Position numbers and translations under genes: made by a program. A stretch of DNA of 63,516 bases, the filler included. It is 7 parts of 7 records of this genome, joined end to end, with 100 filler letters (N's around TTAATTAATTAA, not from the genome) between each part and the next. Parts side by side here need not be neighbours in the genome. Positions count along the whole stretch, not along the records: positions 41,387 to 50,658 come from SRR20825019_1620; positions 50,759 to 58,146 come from SRR20825019_1626; 5 more parts are not named here. One strand, given 5' to 3'. Positions 41,387 to 51,218 of this stretch are shown piece after piece. Numbering within the stretch: position 1 is the stretch's first letter; each line of letters opens with the position of its first letter. Under the pieces are notes generated by a model. The model saw only the letters and a list, made by a program, of their open reading frames with translations. It did no database searches and had not been told where the DNA came from.

Positions 41387-43426
41387 GCTGCCGGAGAGGG
41401 TGAGCGTGCCGGTGCCGGCTTTGGTGATATTGCCCGTCTCGCTAATCACGCCACTGAAAGTGGTCGAGGTATTGTCGCCACCGGCGGTCAGTGCCCCCGA
41501 GCCCAAAGTAATATTACCGCCTCCGGCGATCGAACCGACAGTTTCGGTCTTATCATTAACGTCGAAGGTGGCAGTGGTTGACTCAGTTTTGACGACGGTA
41601 ACCGCAGTGCTGTCGGAAAGGACATTGTTGGCTCCCAACACGAGAGAACCGGAACCGTTGATGGTAGTTGCACCTGTGTAGGTGTTGGCGCCCGAGAGGG
41701 TGAGGGTGCCGGAGTTTTCCTTGGTCAGCGCACCGCTGCCGGAAATGACGCCGCTGAAACTAGAAGAGGCGCCGTTGATGCCGAGAGTGAGATTACCGCT
41801 GCCCAAGGTGATTTGTCCGGAGCCCGCGATTTGATTAAGAGTCTCATTGTAACCATTGAGATTCAATCGACCATCGCTGGCGATGGTGGTGGTGCCTGCG
41901 TAATTGGCGATCTGATCGCTGGCGTTGAGTTGCACCAGAGCTGAGCCGGCGGCGCCGGAACTGTCACCAATATTGATCGCGCCCTGGCCAAGCGCTCCGC
42001 CGCTATCTGCGTCCGTCGTTTTGGCGAGAATAGCCGTGCCGTCGTTCAGATTGAAACCGCCGCTGAAAGAATTCGCGTCGCTACCGGAAAGGGTGAGGGT
42101 TCCGGTGCCATTTTTGGTGAGACTGCCGCCCGTGCCGTTGATTGCCCCACTGGCGGTGATGTTGCCCGACCCGGTCAAGGTGATGGCATTGGATCCCAGA
42201 GCCAGTTGATTGGTCAGATTAAGCGTGCCCGCAGTCGATCCGATAGTGGTGGCTCCACCGAATGTGAGGGAGGCCCCGAGGGTGTTAGTGCCGGAAATAT
42301 TGTTGATCGCACCGACACCGCCATCGCCAGAGCCTTGGAGACTGAAGTTGGTTTCACCCAAGTTGATCCCACCCTGTAATCCGAGGGTCGCTCCACTGGC
42401 GATTTCGTTTCCATAGGTAGACGTGCCGAGGGCAGCGTTGTTGGCGGCAATCAGAGTGCCCCCGTCGATGTAGGTTTTGCCACCGTAGGTGCTGGCGCCT
42501 GTCAAAGTGAGATCACCGGTGCCGGCTTTGCGTAATACTCCCGAGCCGGCGATGGATCCGGAAAAAGTCGTATTGGCGGAGGTATTGGTGGTGAGGGTGC
42601 TGCCACGGAGGTCAATCGCACCGGAGCCGGAAAGGGAGCCCACAGTGTCCGTCCAAGAACCCCAGTTGAACTGCAGCGTGCCAGATGCACCGATCACGAC
42701 GTTGGAGGTATCGGCGATGGTGTTGCTGGCGTTGAGCTGAAGCGTGCCGCCGTTGACGGTGGTATTGCCCGTATAGGTATTGGTGCCCGAAAAAGTCAGC
42801 AAGCCGTTCCCGGTCTTGGTGACGCTGCCGCTGTCGATGATGGCACCACTGACATTAATCGTGTTGTTGGAATTGGTCGTGAGAAACGTCAGAGCGAAGC
42901 CATCGGTATCGATGGTATTCTGAAAGTTCATCCCGCCGCCGCCGGCATTCGTGCTCGACCACGTCATGTTGGCCTCAATGCCCATCTTATTATTAAAAGT
43001 ATGGGTGCGGTTCGAGTTATTGATGATCCCGTAGCTGGCCCCGCCATTGCGGATCGAAAGCTCGTAGGCGGCATTCGTGAACGAGATGTTTACGCTCAAA
43101 TCACTGTTGAACGTGATACCTCCGGTGCGCTGATTACTTTCGATCTCAATTGAACTCGTGCTCGCATTGCTCCCCGCGAACCGGGCAATCTCAGTGCTGT
43201 TTGCAGGCAAATTGTTATTGGACCAATTATTCTTCTGGCCCCAATCGTCGGCGCCGCCGCCTGTTTTCCCATTATCCCATGTGCGGTAGGTCTGAGCTCG
43301 AACTGTGGGTGCCATCACAGGCATGATCAGCGCGGAGAGGAGCACCCATCTAACCACACGTTTGCGGCGCATCATTCCCATAATGACGCGTGTGGCGCTG
43401 TGTGAAATTAGACCTAGTGGTTTCAT
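41387..43426 (-). CDS. secreted autotransporter-associated beta-strand (PATR) repeat protein, 3'-truncated
   Basis: Signal peptide; at least five (L/V/I)xKxGxGxLxLSG.NTY.G.T.I.GG.L repeats; G/T/S/N-rich; start may be 43381-43372. Confidence 0.9.
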
Positions 43427-43614
43427 ACGATTATCCTATTACTCCCAAGAAATACTGGGGTGATTCCCCTATCAAGTTGTTTTTTAGATATTTTAGTTTT
43501 GTGCCCGACGAGACAAAATAACGTAAACCATTGATATTAAGAGATTAAATATTTTGAAGATAGCGTATCAGAGTGCTTCGACTGAAAACAGATGCGGATC
43601 AGCATCGGAAACTA

Positions 43615-44421
43615 TTATCGTCGGCCCATTTTGTGCAGAACTGAAGCCACGCGATCCGGCCAATCAGTGAGGATGCCCTGCACACCGGCATTCACGTATT
43701 GCTCGGTGGTCACGGCATCGTTGGACCAAAAAACATTGGTCGGCAGATTTAACTCGCGGGCGAGCGCGCAATTTTCCGGCGTCACGTCTTTTCGCATCGG
43801 TTGAATACAAGCGACGCCAAACGCGTGCTGTCGTTTTAGGGAAACTTCATCCATGCGGTTCTGCTCTTCCAGAATACAGAGCGGTATCCGGGGATCGATC
43901 GCCCGCACGGCCGAGCCTTCATCATATCGGCCCATACTGAGGTAAGCGGAATCGTAGAGGTTGTGATGACGAAACAGGCGGCAGATCTCGGCCAACATTT
44001 CCGGCGGCGGCGGTGATTTGACCTGAATGTTTAGTCCCGCGCGACCGGCGAAGGCATCAAGATATTCCGCGAAGGTCGGGATCGTTGAATTGGCGTCAGC
44101 AGGATGGTTGCGTCGAAATCCATCTTCCACTTGGGAGCCCTCCCACCACGATGCGTTGAGCTCTTTGATTTGGGCGAGCGAAAGTGAACTCACCTCGCCG
44201 GTGCCATCGGTCGTGCGATCGACGGTGTGATCGTGAATCACGACGGGCACATCATCGCTCGTGGGATGCAGGTCCATCTCGAGAATCTCCACTCCTTCAT
44301 CGAGGGCGGCTTGAAAAGCGGGTAACGTATTTTCCGGATACTTGCCCGAAAATCCCCGATGGGCAGTCAGCACCACCCGTTGGCGGTCACGATAAATTTC
44401 AACGAGTGTGAGTGCAGACAT
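43615..44421 (-). CDS. glycerophosphodiester phosphodiesterase
   Basis: AHRGFSGKYPENT, EMDL, VVIHDHTVDRTT, IPTF, GILTDWP. Confidence 0.93.
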   Translation of the reverse strand: MSALTLVEIYRDRQRVVLTAHRGFSGKYPENTLPAFQAALDEGVEILEMDLHPTSDDVPVVIHDHTVDRTTDGTGEVSSLSLAQIKELNASWWEGSQVEDGFRRNHPADANSTIPTFAEYLDAFAGRAGLNIQVKSPPPPEMLAEICRLFRHHNLYDSAYLSMGRYDEGSAVRAIDPRIPLCILEEQNRMDEVSLKRQHAFGVACIQPMRKDVTPENCALARELNLPTNVFWSNDAVTTEQYVNAGVQGILTDWPDRVASVLHKMGRR

Positions 44422-44560
44422 GAGGGATGATTGGAGAGAGGGGGAAAGGGACTTTCAAGGTTGCCCCAGCCATTTTACGTTAATTATTGAGGTAAATTGT
44501 TCCGGTTTAGCGGCATTGACCGAGAGGCATTGTCGCATTCACTATTCGGAAATAGCTGCC

Positions 44561-45016
44561 ATGGATACTTTTATTATCGACGTTCCGGTCCCTTCGATGG
44601 GGGCCACAGTAAGCGAACTCTCCGTCATCGTCATCAAGGTGCAAACCGGTGATCAGGTGTCCAAAGGCCAACGCCTGGCGGACCTTGAAAGCGATAAGTC
44701 GGCTTTCGAATTTGAGAGCCCCTGTGATGGCACGATTCGTGAGATCATGGGAAAGCCCGGTGCGACCATGATGTCGGGCGATCCCTTTTTGCAGATTGAG
44801 ACGAGCGACGAAAGCCTGCGTCATCTCGAATCAAAGACAGCCGGAGGCGCCGCCGCGGGTAATGCTGGCGCTGAGGTGATCTGGACTCCGAAGGCGACCA
44901 AGGTGGCCGAAGAGGCCGGTCTCGATCCCGCGACGATCACCGATATCACGGCGACCGGACCGGGCAATCGCGTCTCGGGCGACGATGTGAAGCGCTACCT
45001 CGAGAGCCGGGGATAA
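44561..45016 (+). CDS. lipoyl-domain plus E3-binding-domain protein without an E2 catalytic domain
   Basis: VPSMG..V.E, GDQV.KG, LESDKSAFEFESP (lipoyl-Lys); C-terminal TPKATKVAEEAGLD...TGPGNRVSGDDV. Confidence 0.85.
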   Translation: MDTFIIDVPVPSMGATVSELSVIVIKVQTGDQVSKGQRLADLESDKSAFEFESPCDGTIREIMGKPGATMMSGDPFLQIETSDESLRHLESKTAGGAAAGNAGAEVIWTPKATKVAEEAGLDPATITDITATGPGNRVSGDDVKRYLESRG

Positions 45017-45091
45017 TACCGAAGGCGGTTCATTTTTTCCCACTGATCAACTCCAGATTCGTCGTGATAATAGCGGCAACTGAAATCAGAA

Positions 45092-45110
45092 CGTCAACTA
45101 ATAGTTGACG
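45092..45110. repeat. intergenic palindrome (family copy 1)
   Basis: CGTCAACTA-A-TAGTTGACG. Confidence 0.6.
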
Positions 45111-45236
45111 AATGTGTTTCGCGCAGGTGCGGCTATTAGAGAGAATAGTCAGTAACCATCGAGGGCATATTCCTTCGCTTCGTTTGGGTGCAATTTGTTT
45201 TGAAGGTGAGCGACGGTTAGCATTGGCTGCACACTT

Positions 45237-46019
45237 ATGGCACAGAAATCAGCCCTTGTTACCGGAGCATCGCGCGGCATTGGTCGCGGCATCGCAATCG
45301 AACTCGCCCGCGCGGGATACCGCGTGGCGATCAACTATGCGGGTAACGCCGCCGCCGCCGCCGAGGCGCTCCAGCTCGTGAAAGACGCCGGCAGCGATGG
45401 ATTCACTGTGCAGGGTGATGTCTCGGTCGCCGCGGATCGTGAACGCATGGTTGCCGAGACCGTTGAGAAATTCGGTCGGATCGACATCCTCGTTAACAAC
45501 GCCGGCGTCGCCCCAAATGTGCGCGCCGATTTGCTCGACGCCGGTGAGGAGAGCTTCGATCGCCTCTTCAATATTAATCTCAAGGGCCCGTTCTTTCTCT
45601 CCCAGCTCGCTTCAAAACAGATGCTCAAGCAGGAGAAGGACGAAGAAGGTTTCCGTGGCCGGATTGTGAACATCACGTCGATCTCGGTTTACACTTCATC
45701 AATCAATCGCGGCGATTACTGCATGGTGAAAGCCGGTCTCGCGATGATGACCAAGCTTTTCGCGGAACGTCTCGGTAACGAGGATATCAATGTTTACGAA
45801 ATCCGTCCCGGTGTGATTGCCACCGATATGACCGGCGGTGTGAAAGAAAAATACGACAAGCTGATTATCGAAGACGAGCGCGGTATCACGCCAATCCGTC
45901 GCTGGGGTAAGCCCGAGGATATCGGTCGTGCGGTGCGCGCCATCGCCGAGGATCGCTTCCCCTTCTCGACCGGCGCCTGCTTCGATGTGGATGGCGGTTT
46001 CCATCTGCACCGGTTGTAA
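45237..46019 (+). CDS. short-chain dehydrogenase/reductase (3-ketoacyl-ACP reductase-like)
   Basis: [30 protein letters not shown]. Confidence 0.93.
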   Translation: MAQKSALVTGASRGIGRGIAIELARAGYRVAINYAGNAAAAAEALQLVKDAGSDGFTVQGDVSVAADRERMVAETVEKFGRIDILVNNAGVAPNVRADLLDAGEESFDRLFNINLKGPFFLSQLASKQMLKQEKDEEGFRGRIVNITSISVYTSSINRGDYCMVKAGLAMMTKLFAERLGNEDINVYEIRPGVIATDMTGGVKEKYDKLIIEDERGITPIRRWGKPEDIGRAVRAIAEDRFPFSTGACFDVDGGFHLHRL

Positions 46020-46032
46020 TAGCTGCATTGTT

Positions 46033-46093
46033 GCAGGCCGCGAGCTTGCTCGCGCTTGGTATCCACTGATGCGCCTGCAAGCAGACGACCTAC
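46033..46093. repeat. REP-like inverted doublet
   Basis: GCAGGCCGCGAGCTTGCTCGCG...GCCTGCAAGCAGACGACCTAC. Confidence 0.6.
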
Positions 46094-46143
46094 CGTAACC
46101 GCACTCCTTTTCGCGACTTCTGTCCAAGCTCGCACTCAGCCCC

Positions 46144-47154
46144 ATGCTTCTTACCTGTCAGCCTAATTTTGAATCTCAGCTGGCCCGCGAGGTAGCCAGT
46201 GGGCGCGGTCGGGTGCTCGCGCAGGGTTCAGGCTGGGTGAGCGCGGATGAGACTTTTGCGTCGAAGTCTGCCTTTGCGCATTTGATCATGCGCGAGACGA
46301 GGGAGCTGCGCGGCGAATCGGTCAACGCACTGGCGAAGCAGCTCGCGGAGTATTTCCTCGAAGGGATCAAGGGAGAGCGGATCGAGGCGTCATGGCCCTG
46401 TTTGTTGCAGGGGCCGATGGGAATGGAAGGTCTGAATCGCCGGATTCGCGCGGTTGAAAAAGCGTTGGGCGAATTTTTGAAGAAGCGTTTATCCCGCGTG
46501 GCCAAGCTCGCCGTGGATGATCTGCCTCGTGGCGTGCAGGAAGCGCGGGGTTTGTTTGTTTGGTTTACGGATTTTGGGGTGATGCAGGTGTCGCGCACGG
46601 CGACCGTGAATGGCCAACGTCGAATGGCTGATGATTCGTTGGCGCCTTCGCGCAGTTATTTGAAGGCCGAGGAAGGTTATGTGGTCTTGGGGCAGGAGCC
46701 ATGTGAGGGTGAAACCGTGGTTGATCTCGGGGCCGCTCCCGGGGGATGGAGTTACAGTGCCGCAAAACGGGGAGCACACGTGATTGCCTTGGACAACGGT
46801 CCGATGAAGGGCGGGGCACTCGGACATGAATTGATCGATCACCGGATGGAAGATGCGTTTCGATTTTTTCCGCAGTCTGGCACGACCTACGATTGGTTGT
46901 TCTGTGATATGGTGGAGGAGCCGCACCATGTGTTGCGGCATATTCTCGAACCTTGGCTGGCCGGGGGTTGGTGCCGTCAATTTGTCGTGAATTTGAAGTT
47001 CGGTCGGGTCGACCCGATCGCCTTGTTGGACGAATTGCGCGCGGCGGATTCGCCGCTCTCCAAATACGCTCCGAACACGCGGATCCGGCACCTTTATCAT
47101 GATCGTGAAGAGTTTACACTCACGGGGCGTGTAGCAGTCGCCGAATATTCATGA
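46144..47154 (+). CDS. RlmM-like 23S rRNA 2'-O-methyltransferase (FtsJ fold)
   Basis: APSRSYLKAEE, VDLGAAPGGWS, ALDNGPM, DAFRF, DWLFCDMVEEP, HLYHDREE. Confidence 0.85.
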   Translation: MLLTCQPNFESQLAREVASGRGRVLAQGSGWVSADETFASKSAFAHLIMRETRELRGESVNALAKQLAEYFLEGIKGERIEASWPCLLQGPMGMEGLNRRIRAVEKALGEFLKKRLSRVAKLAVDDLPRGVQEARGLFVWFTDFGVMQVSRTATVNGQRRMADDSLAPSRSYLKAEEGYVVLGQEPCEGETVVDLGAAPGGWSYSAAKRGAHVIALDNGPMKGGALGHELIDHRMEDAFRFFPQSGTTYDWLFCDMVEEPHHVLRHILEPWLAGGWCRQFVVNLKFGRVDPIALLDELRAADSPLSKYAPNTRIRHLYHDREEFTLTGRVAVAEYS

Positions 47155-47216
47155 TCTTTTTCTGAAACGGCATGGACACCATGCGGTCGGAGTGGGTTAA
47201 TCCCTTCTGCCTTTTT

Positions 47217-47756
47217 ATGAAAATAACTGCATGCAAACGAATCCTCCTAGGAGGCATCGCGGCGCTGTTCTTAACAGTGTTGGCCTCCGCAAATCCCGAG
47301 CTCGCCGGTCGCTGGCGTCTCGATCCTGCCCGGAGCTCTGCTCTAGATGGCTGGCAAAAAATGGATCTGGTTTTCGGCCTTGATGGCTCCCAGATCTCCA
47401 TCACTCACGAGATGAAGTGGCGCGCGACCAATTATCGTGCGACCAATCTTGTCGATACGACCAAGTCGGTTTCTTCGGATAAATTCTTCCGGATCGAGCA
47501 ACGTCACATGGCGGTCTATCCGACCAAGGGTGGCGTATCGCATACCACGGCCGAATGGATCGATGCCGATCGCACCTTGCGCACCGAAACCAACACTCCG
47601 GTGGAAGTATCCCAGGGCGATGTGAATATGCGCATCACCAGCGAGTATCGCATCGGTGAAGGTGGCGAGACGCTCGTCCTGATCGAACTACATTCCAGCC
47701 GCGCCCGTCCGCTGGTTTATTTCTTCAACAAAGTGAGCGAGGAGGAAGCCAAATGA
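47217..47756 (+). CDS. hypothetical secreted protein (beta-rich)
   Basis: Signal peptide, LAGRWRLDPARS; ATGA overlap with the next gene. Confidence 0.75.
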   Translation: MKITACKRILLGGIAALFLTVLASANPELAGRWRLDPARSSALDGWQKMDLVFGLDGSQISITHEMKWRATNYRATNLVDTTKSVSSDKFFRIEQRHMAVYPTKGGVSHTTAEWIDADRTLRTETNTPVEVSQGDVNMRITSEYRIGEGGETLVLIELHSSRARPLVYFFNKVSEEEAK

Positions 47757-49429
47757 ATCTGATGAAACGAATCACTGTTCTGTTTAGTGTTCTCGCGATC
47801 TGCGTTGCCCCCTGGGCTCGCGCCGGATCAGCTGAGGAATCGGAAGCCTGCTGTTTGATCGAAGAAGGCCGCGATGCCTGGACGATGAACTTCGACGGGG
47901 ATTGGAAGGTCGCCAGTGGGCTCTCCGAAAAGGCGATGTTGATCAGTCTGCAAGGACTGACGAATCGTGATGCCCCGCTGCTCTACATCGTGCATCCGCC
48001 GGACTTCCAATGGGAGATTACCGAACCGTTGTTCGAATTCTACCAGCGCAAGCATCACGTTAACTTCACCGAAGTGGCGACGGCTGACGAAGCGCTCACG
48101 CTCTTCTCGAAATACGCCAAAGGTTATGTCGTTTGGGATAAGACCGTCGGGGCTTCGCTCAATGTCGCTTTCACCATCGCGGGTTTGAAGGACGCTGTTG
48201 TCGTTTCCGAAGAGCTCATTCCGCTCGTTGAGAAACACGGTCTCAAGCAAATCGACGATCTGCGTGGTGATTATGTCGGCATGTCCGATGCGCAAATCTA
48301 CCAGGATTCCTACGACAAGTATTGGGAGCAATGCTCGCACGATAAGATCATGCTCTTGGGCGGACACCGTGGCCGCGAAATGCAACCCGCCGTGGCTGAC
48401 TGGGGAATTCAGAACAAGATGTTCTTTCACGATCTCTCGGCCAATCCGATCCACGCTGAAGAGCTCGCGCTCACCAAGCGGATCTACAAGCAAATGGCCC
48501 CCGGCTCGTTTGTCTTCGGCTGGCATCCCTACGGGAAGGATACCGAAGAGCAGGCCACGACGTTGCTTTCCAGCTACGGCTTCAAGATGGAGGGGCTGCA
48601 CAACTTGCCGAACCTCAGCTTCAACTCGCAGTTCACCTTCACCAAGGGCTTCAAGTTCACCAACAATCACCGCGTCGCGCGTGATGCGAAACTTGTCGCC
48701 GAGGAGAAGGTTTATATCTCGTTCGTGCAGTCCGACTCGATTGGGATCGGCGTGTGGACCAAGCCCGGTCGCGGCAAGCTTCCCTTCGGTTGGCAGGTCA
48801 CGATGAACTGGTCGAAGTTCTCCCCGGCAGCGCTCGAATACTTCCACGAATCGGCCACGCCGAATGATTACTTCATCGGTGGACTGTCCGGTCCCGGTTA
48901 CATGTATCCGAATCACATCCCTGAAGATCGTTTCTTCCTGCTCATGGATGAAGCCAAGGAGATGATGGAGCTGCTCGACGAGCGCATCATGGAGATCATG
49001 GATAACTCGGCGGCCGATGGAAACGTCGGTAACACCGACCTCACGAAGGAAACTGTCGATCGCTACTACAAGGCCTTCCCGGATGTGCTCGGTTTTATCA
49101 ACGGTTACGGCCCCGCCCGCACCCGCGATTTGCGCGACACCCGTCCGATGATTTCCTACGATTACTACATCGATCCCAAGCGTCCCCGTGATGCCGTCAC
49201 CGATGATTTGAACGAACTCATCGCACTCAACTCGAAGCGTCCTTACTTCCTGCTCGTGCACGTGCGCGAGTCGAACGATGTGAACAGCCTCGTCGAAGTC
49301 ACCAAGCAGCTCACCGGTCCCGTCGAGATCGTGCCGGTGGATGTCTTTCTCAAGCTCGCCGCGAGCAACAAGACCTACACGACCCGCTATCAGGATCCCG
49401 ACGAACCGAAGCACTTCGAAGGCTTCTAA
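47753..49429 (+). CDS. GxGYxYP-domain putative glycoside hydrolase
   Basis: Signal peptide; SLQGLTNR, GYVVWD, QSD, RGKLPFGW, SGPGYMYP. Confidence 0.85.
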   Translation: MNLMKRITVLFSVLAICVAPWARAGSAEESEACCLIEEGRDAWTMNFDGDWKVASGLSEKAMLISLQGLTNRDAPLLYIVHPPDFQWEITEPLFEFYQRKHHVNFTEVATADEALTLFSKYAKGYVVWDKTVGASLNVAFTIAGLKDAVVVSEELIPLVEKHGLKQIDDLRGDYVGMSDAQIYQDSYDKYWEQCSHDKIMLLGGHRGREMQPAVADWGIQNKMFFHDLSANPIHAEELALTKRIYKQMAPGSFVFGWHPYGKDTEEQATTLLSSYGFKMEGLHNLPNLSFNSQFTFTKGFKFTNNHRVARDAKLVAEEKVYISFVQSDSIGIGVWTKPGRGKLPFGWQVTMNWSKFSPAALEYFHESATPNDYFIGGLSGPGYMYPNHIPEDRFFLLMDEAKEMMELLDERIMEIMDNSAADGNVGNTDLTKETVDRYYKAFPDVLGFINGYGPARTRDLRDTRPMISYDYYIDPKRPRDAVTDDLNELIALNSKRPYFLLVHVRESNDVNSLVEVTKQLTGPVEIVPVDVFLKLAASNKTYTTRYQDPDEPKHFEGF

Positions 49430-49460
49430 GAAACCTGATCCGAGTTGACGAATCACCTCC

Positions 49461-49491
49461 AGCGCCCGGCTAACCCGCCGGGCGCTTTGTT
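49461..49491 (+). terminator. rho-independent terminator
   Basis: AGCGCCCGGC-N6-GCCGGGCGCT-TTGTT. Confidence 0.75.
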
Positions 49492-49549
49492 GTGCCCAAG
49501 CGTCTGCAATGCCCGACCATTCCAATCTCAGATCGGCAAAAACCCCACT

Positions 49550-49621
49550 GCAAGAGTAACCTATTGGGTTACTCTTGCGGAAAGGCTTGAATTGAAAGTG
49601 TAACCAGCCTGGTTACACTTT
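49550..49621. repeat. two related intergenic palindromes (family copies 2 and 3)
   Basis: GCAAGAGTAACC-TATTG-GGTTACTCTTGC (49550-49578); AAAGTGTAACCA-GCC-TGGTTACACTTT (49595-49621). Confidence 0.75.
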
Positions 49622-49691
49622 GGAATCGGAGATTCTCGGACGGGTGTTGGCGGAGGGCTCGCGTTTGGGGAGTTTTGCGTTTCGCTCGGTG

Positions 49692-50432
49692 ATGGTGAAA
49701 AACAAGGAACTGACAATTTGCGGGTTGGCGGCAGTGAAGGCACGCTGGGAGAGCGAGGCGTCTTCGATTCTGCGTTTGTTTTTCGATCCGGCGACGGGGC
49801 GCAAGCTCGGCGCGATCTGCAAGGTGCTCGCGGCAGAACGGAAGGTCTATCGCAGTGTGCCGACGGCGGAGCTTGAGAAGATTTCCGGCTCAAAACATCA
49901 CGGTGGCATCGTCGCAGTGGTGGCTGCTCCGAAGGTGCTGAACCCGCGTCCGGCTGAGGTGAAACGCTGGGCGTCGCAGCGCGCGCCGCTGCTGATTCTG
50001 GATCGCGTGGGCAATGCTCACAATCTGGGCGCTCTCGCACGCACGGCTGCCTATCTTGGGGTGGAGGACATTATTATAACCGATACGCCGGAGTCGGCGC
50101 GACCGAACGATGCGGCTTATCGGGTGGCCGAGGGAGGTTTTGAAAAGATCAAAGTCTGGGCGGCGCGTGATCTCACGCTTTTGATTAAAGATCTGCGTCA
50201 AGCCGGCTACGCGGTGCTCGCAGCCGCCACGCGGGGAGGTCGGCCCGAATGCGCCGTCGATCCGAAACAGCCTTGTGCGCTGGTGATGGGAAATGAAGAG
50301 AGCGGCATCGCGCCGAAAGTGGCGGCGGCCTGTTCGCAACAGGTGACGATCCCCGGCACGAAAGCCGTCGAATCACTCAACGTCTCCGTGGCTGGAGCGA
50401 TCCTGATGTGGGAGCTGTTTGGGCGGAAGTAG
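49692..50432 (+). CDS. TrmH/SpoU family RNA methyltransferase
   Basis: HHGGIVA, LDRVGNAHNLGALART, VAEGG, VMGNEESG, IPG...VESLNVSVA. Confidence 0.93.
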   Translation: MVKNKELTICGLAAVKARWESEASSILRLFFDPATGRKLGAICKVLAAERKVYRSVPTAELEKISGSKHHGGIVAVVAAPKVLNPRPAEVKRWASQRAPLLILDRVGNAHNLGALARTAAYLGVEDIIITDTPESARPNDAAYRVAEGGFEKIKVWAARDLTLLIKDLRQAGYAVLAAATRGGRPECAVDPKQPCALVMGNEESGIAPKVAAACSQQVTIPGTKAVESLNVSVAGAILMWELFGRK

Positions 50433-50440
50433 GCCGAGGG

Positions 50441-50505
50441 GTAGGCGGCTCACTTGCGAGCGTGGAGATGTTATCTTATTTGGCGCGAGTGAGCTCGCGA
50501 CCTAC
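50441..50505. repeat. GTAG-type REP inverted doublet
   Basis: GTAGGCGGCTCACTTGCGAGC...CGCGAGTGAGCTCGCGACCTAC. Confidence 0.65.
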
Positions 50506-50579
50506 GGATAATGAGGAGACGTCTCCATCTCATTTGCAATAGGTCCGATACCCGGAGCTTGCTTCCTATGCGGGTGATT

Positions 50580-50655
50580 GGGCACGTCCCTGTGCCCGGC
50601 AGACCACGCAGAGCCGTCTCGCAGGACAACCGACGGCGGGCACAGGGACGTGCCC
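50580..50655. repeat. REP-like inverted doublet at the contig end
   Basis: Perfect 19-bp IR GGGCACGTCCCTGTGCCCG/CGGGCACAGGGACGTGCCC. Confidence 0.7.
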
Positions 50656-50658
50656 GCC

Positions 50659-50758
50659 NNNNNNNNNNNNNNNNNNNNNNNNNNNNNNNNNNNNNNNNNN
50701 NNTTAATTAATTAANNNNNNNNNNNNNNNNNNNNNNNNNNNNNNNNNNNNNNNNNNNN
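50659..50758. other. artificial contig linker
   Basis: N44-TTAATTAATTAA-N44. Confidence 0.99.
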
Positions 50759-50759
50759 C

Positions 50760-51215
50760 GTGGAAGTGCGGCGCCTGGCGCAGAGCGCCGCCGAAGCCTC
50801 CTCGGAGGTCAAGGTATTGATCGAACAGAGCGCCAATGAGGTGCAGGGCGGCTCGAAGCTGGTGGCCGAAGCGGCAGAACGCCTGCTTGCGGTGCAGAGC
50901 GGGATCAGCGCCAATGCCAGCCTGCTTGAAGGCATGGCGCGGGCCAGCCGCGAACAGGCCTCGGCTATCGAAGAGGTCAATGTCGCGGTGCGTCAGCTCG
51001 ACGAGATGACCCAGCACAATGCGGCCCTGGTGGAAGAAACCAACGCCGCAATCGAGCAAACGGAAGTCCAGGCCGCCGAACTGGACCGGGTGATCGGCAT
51101 CTTCACGCTGGGGCGCAGCGGCGGCGAAACGAGCGTTGTGGCTGAGCCCGAACAAAGCGGTGCACGCAGGTTGCTTGGCGGTCTCAAGCGGGCTGTTGGT
51201 GGCTTCAGTCGCTAG
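50760..51215 (+). CDS. methyl-accepting chemotaxis protein, 3' fragment
   Basis: EVRRLAQSAAEAS.EVK.LI, EQASAIEEVN.AV.QLDEMTQHNAALVEE. Confidence 0.95.
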   Translation: MEVRRLAQSAAEASSEVKVLIEQSANEVQGGSKLVAEAAERLLAVQSGISANASLLEGMARASREQASAIEEVNVAVRQLDEMTQHNAALVEETNAAIEQTEVQAAELDRVIGIFTLGRSGGETSVVAEPEQSGARRLLGGLKRAVGGFSR

Positions 51216-51218
51216 ACC

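Noticed and set aside
41387-43000. Recurring nucleotide words (GAGGGTGAG..TGCCGG) suggesting a repeat array or CRISPR
   Set aside because: They encode PATR protein repeats, with irregular spacing and no constant repeat-spacer structure.
47828-49525. 565-aa minus-strand ORF over the GxGYxYP gene
   Set aside because: Antisense shadow; the plus-strand protein has the signal peptide, motifs and terminator.
49550-49621. Two similar palindromes considered as a mini-CRISPR
   Set aside because: Only two non-identical units, a 16-nt gap and no cas genes; reported instead as a palindrome family.
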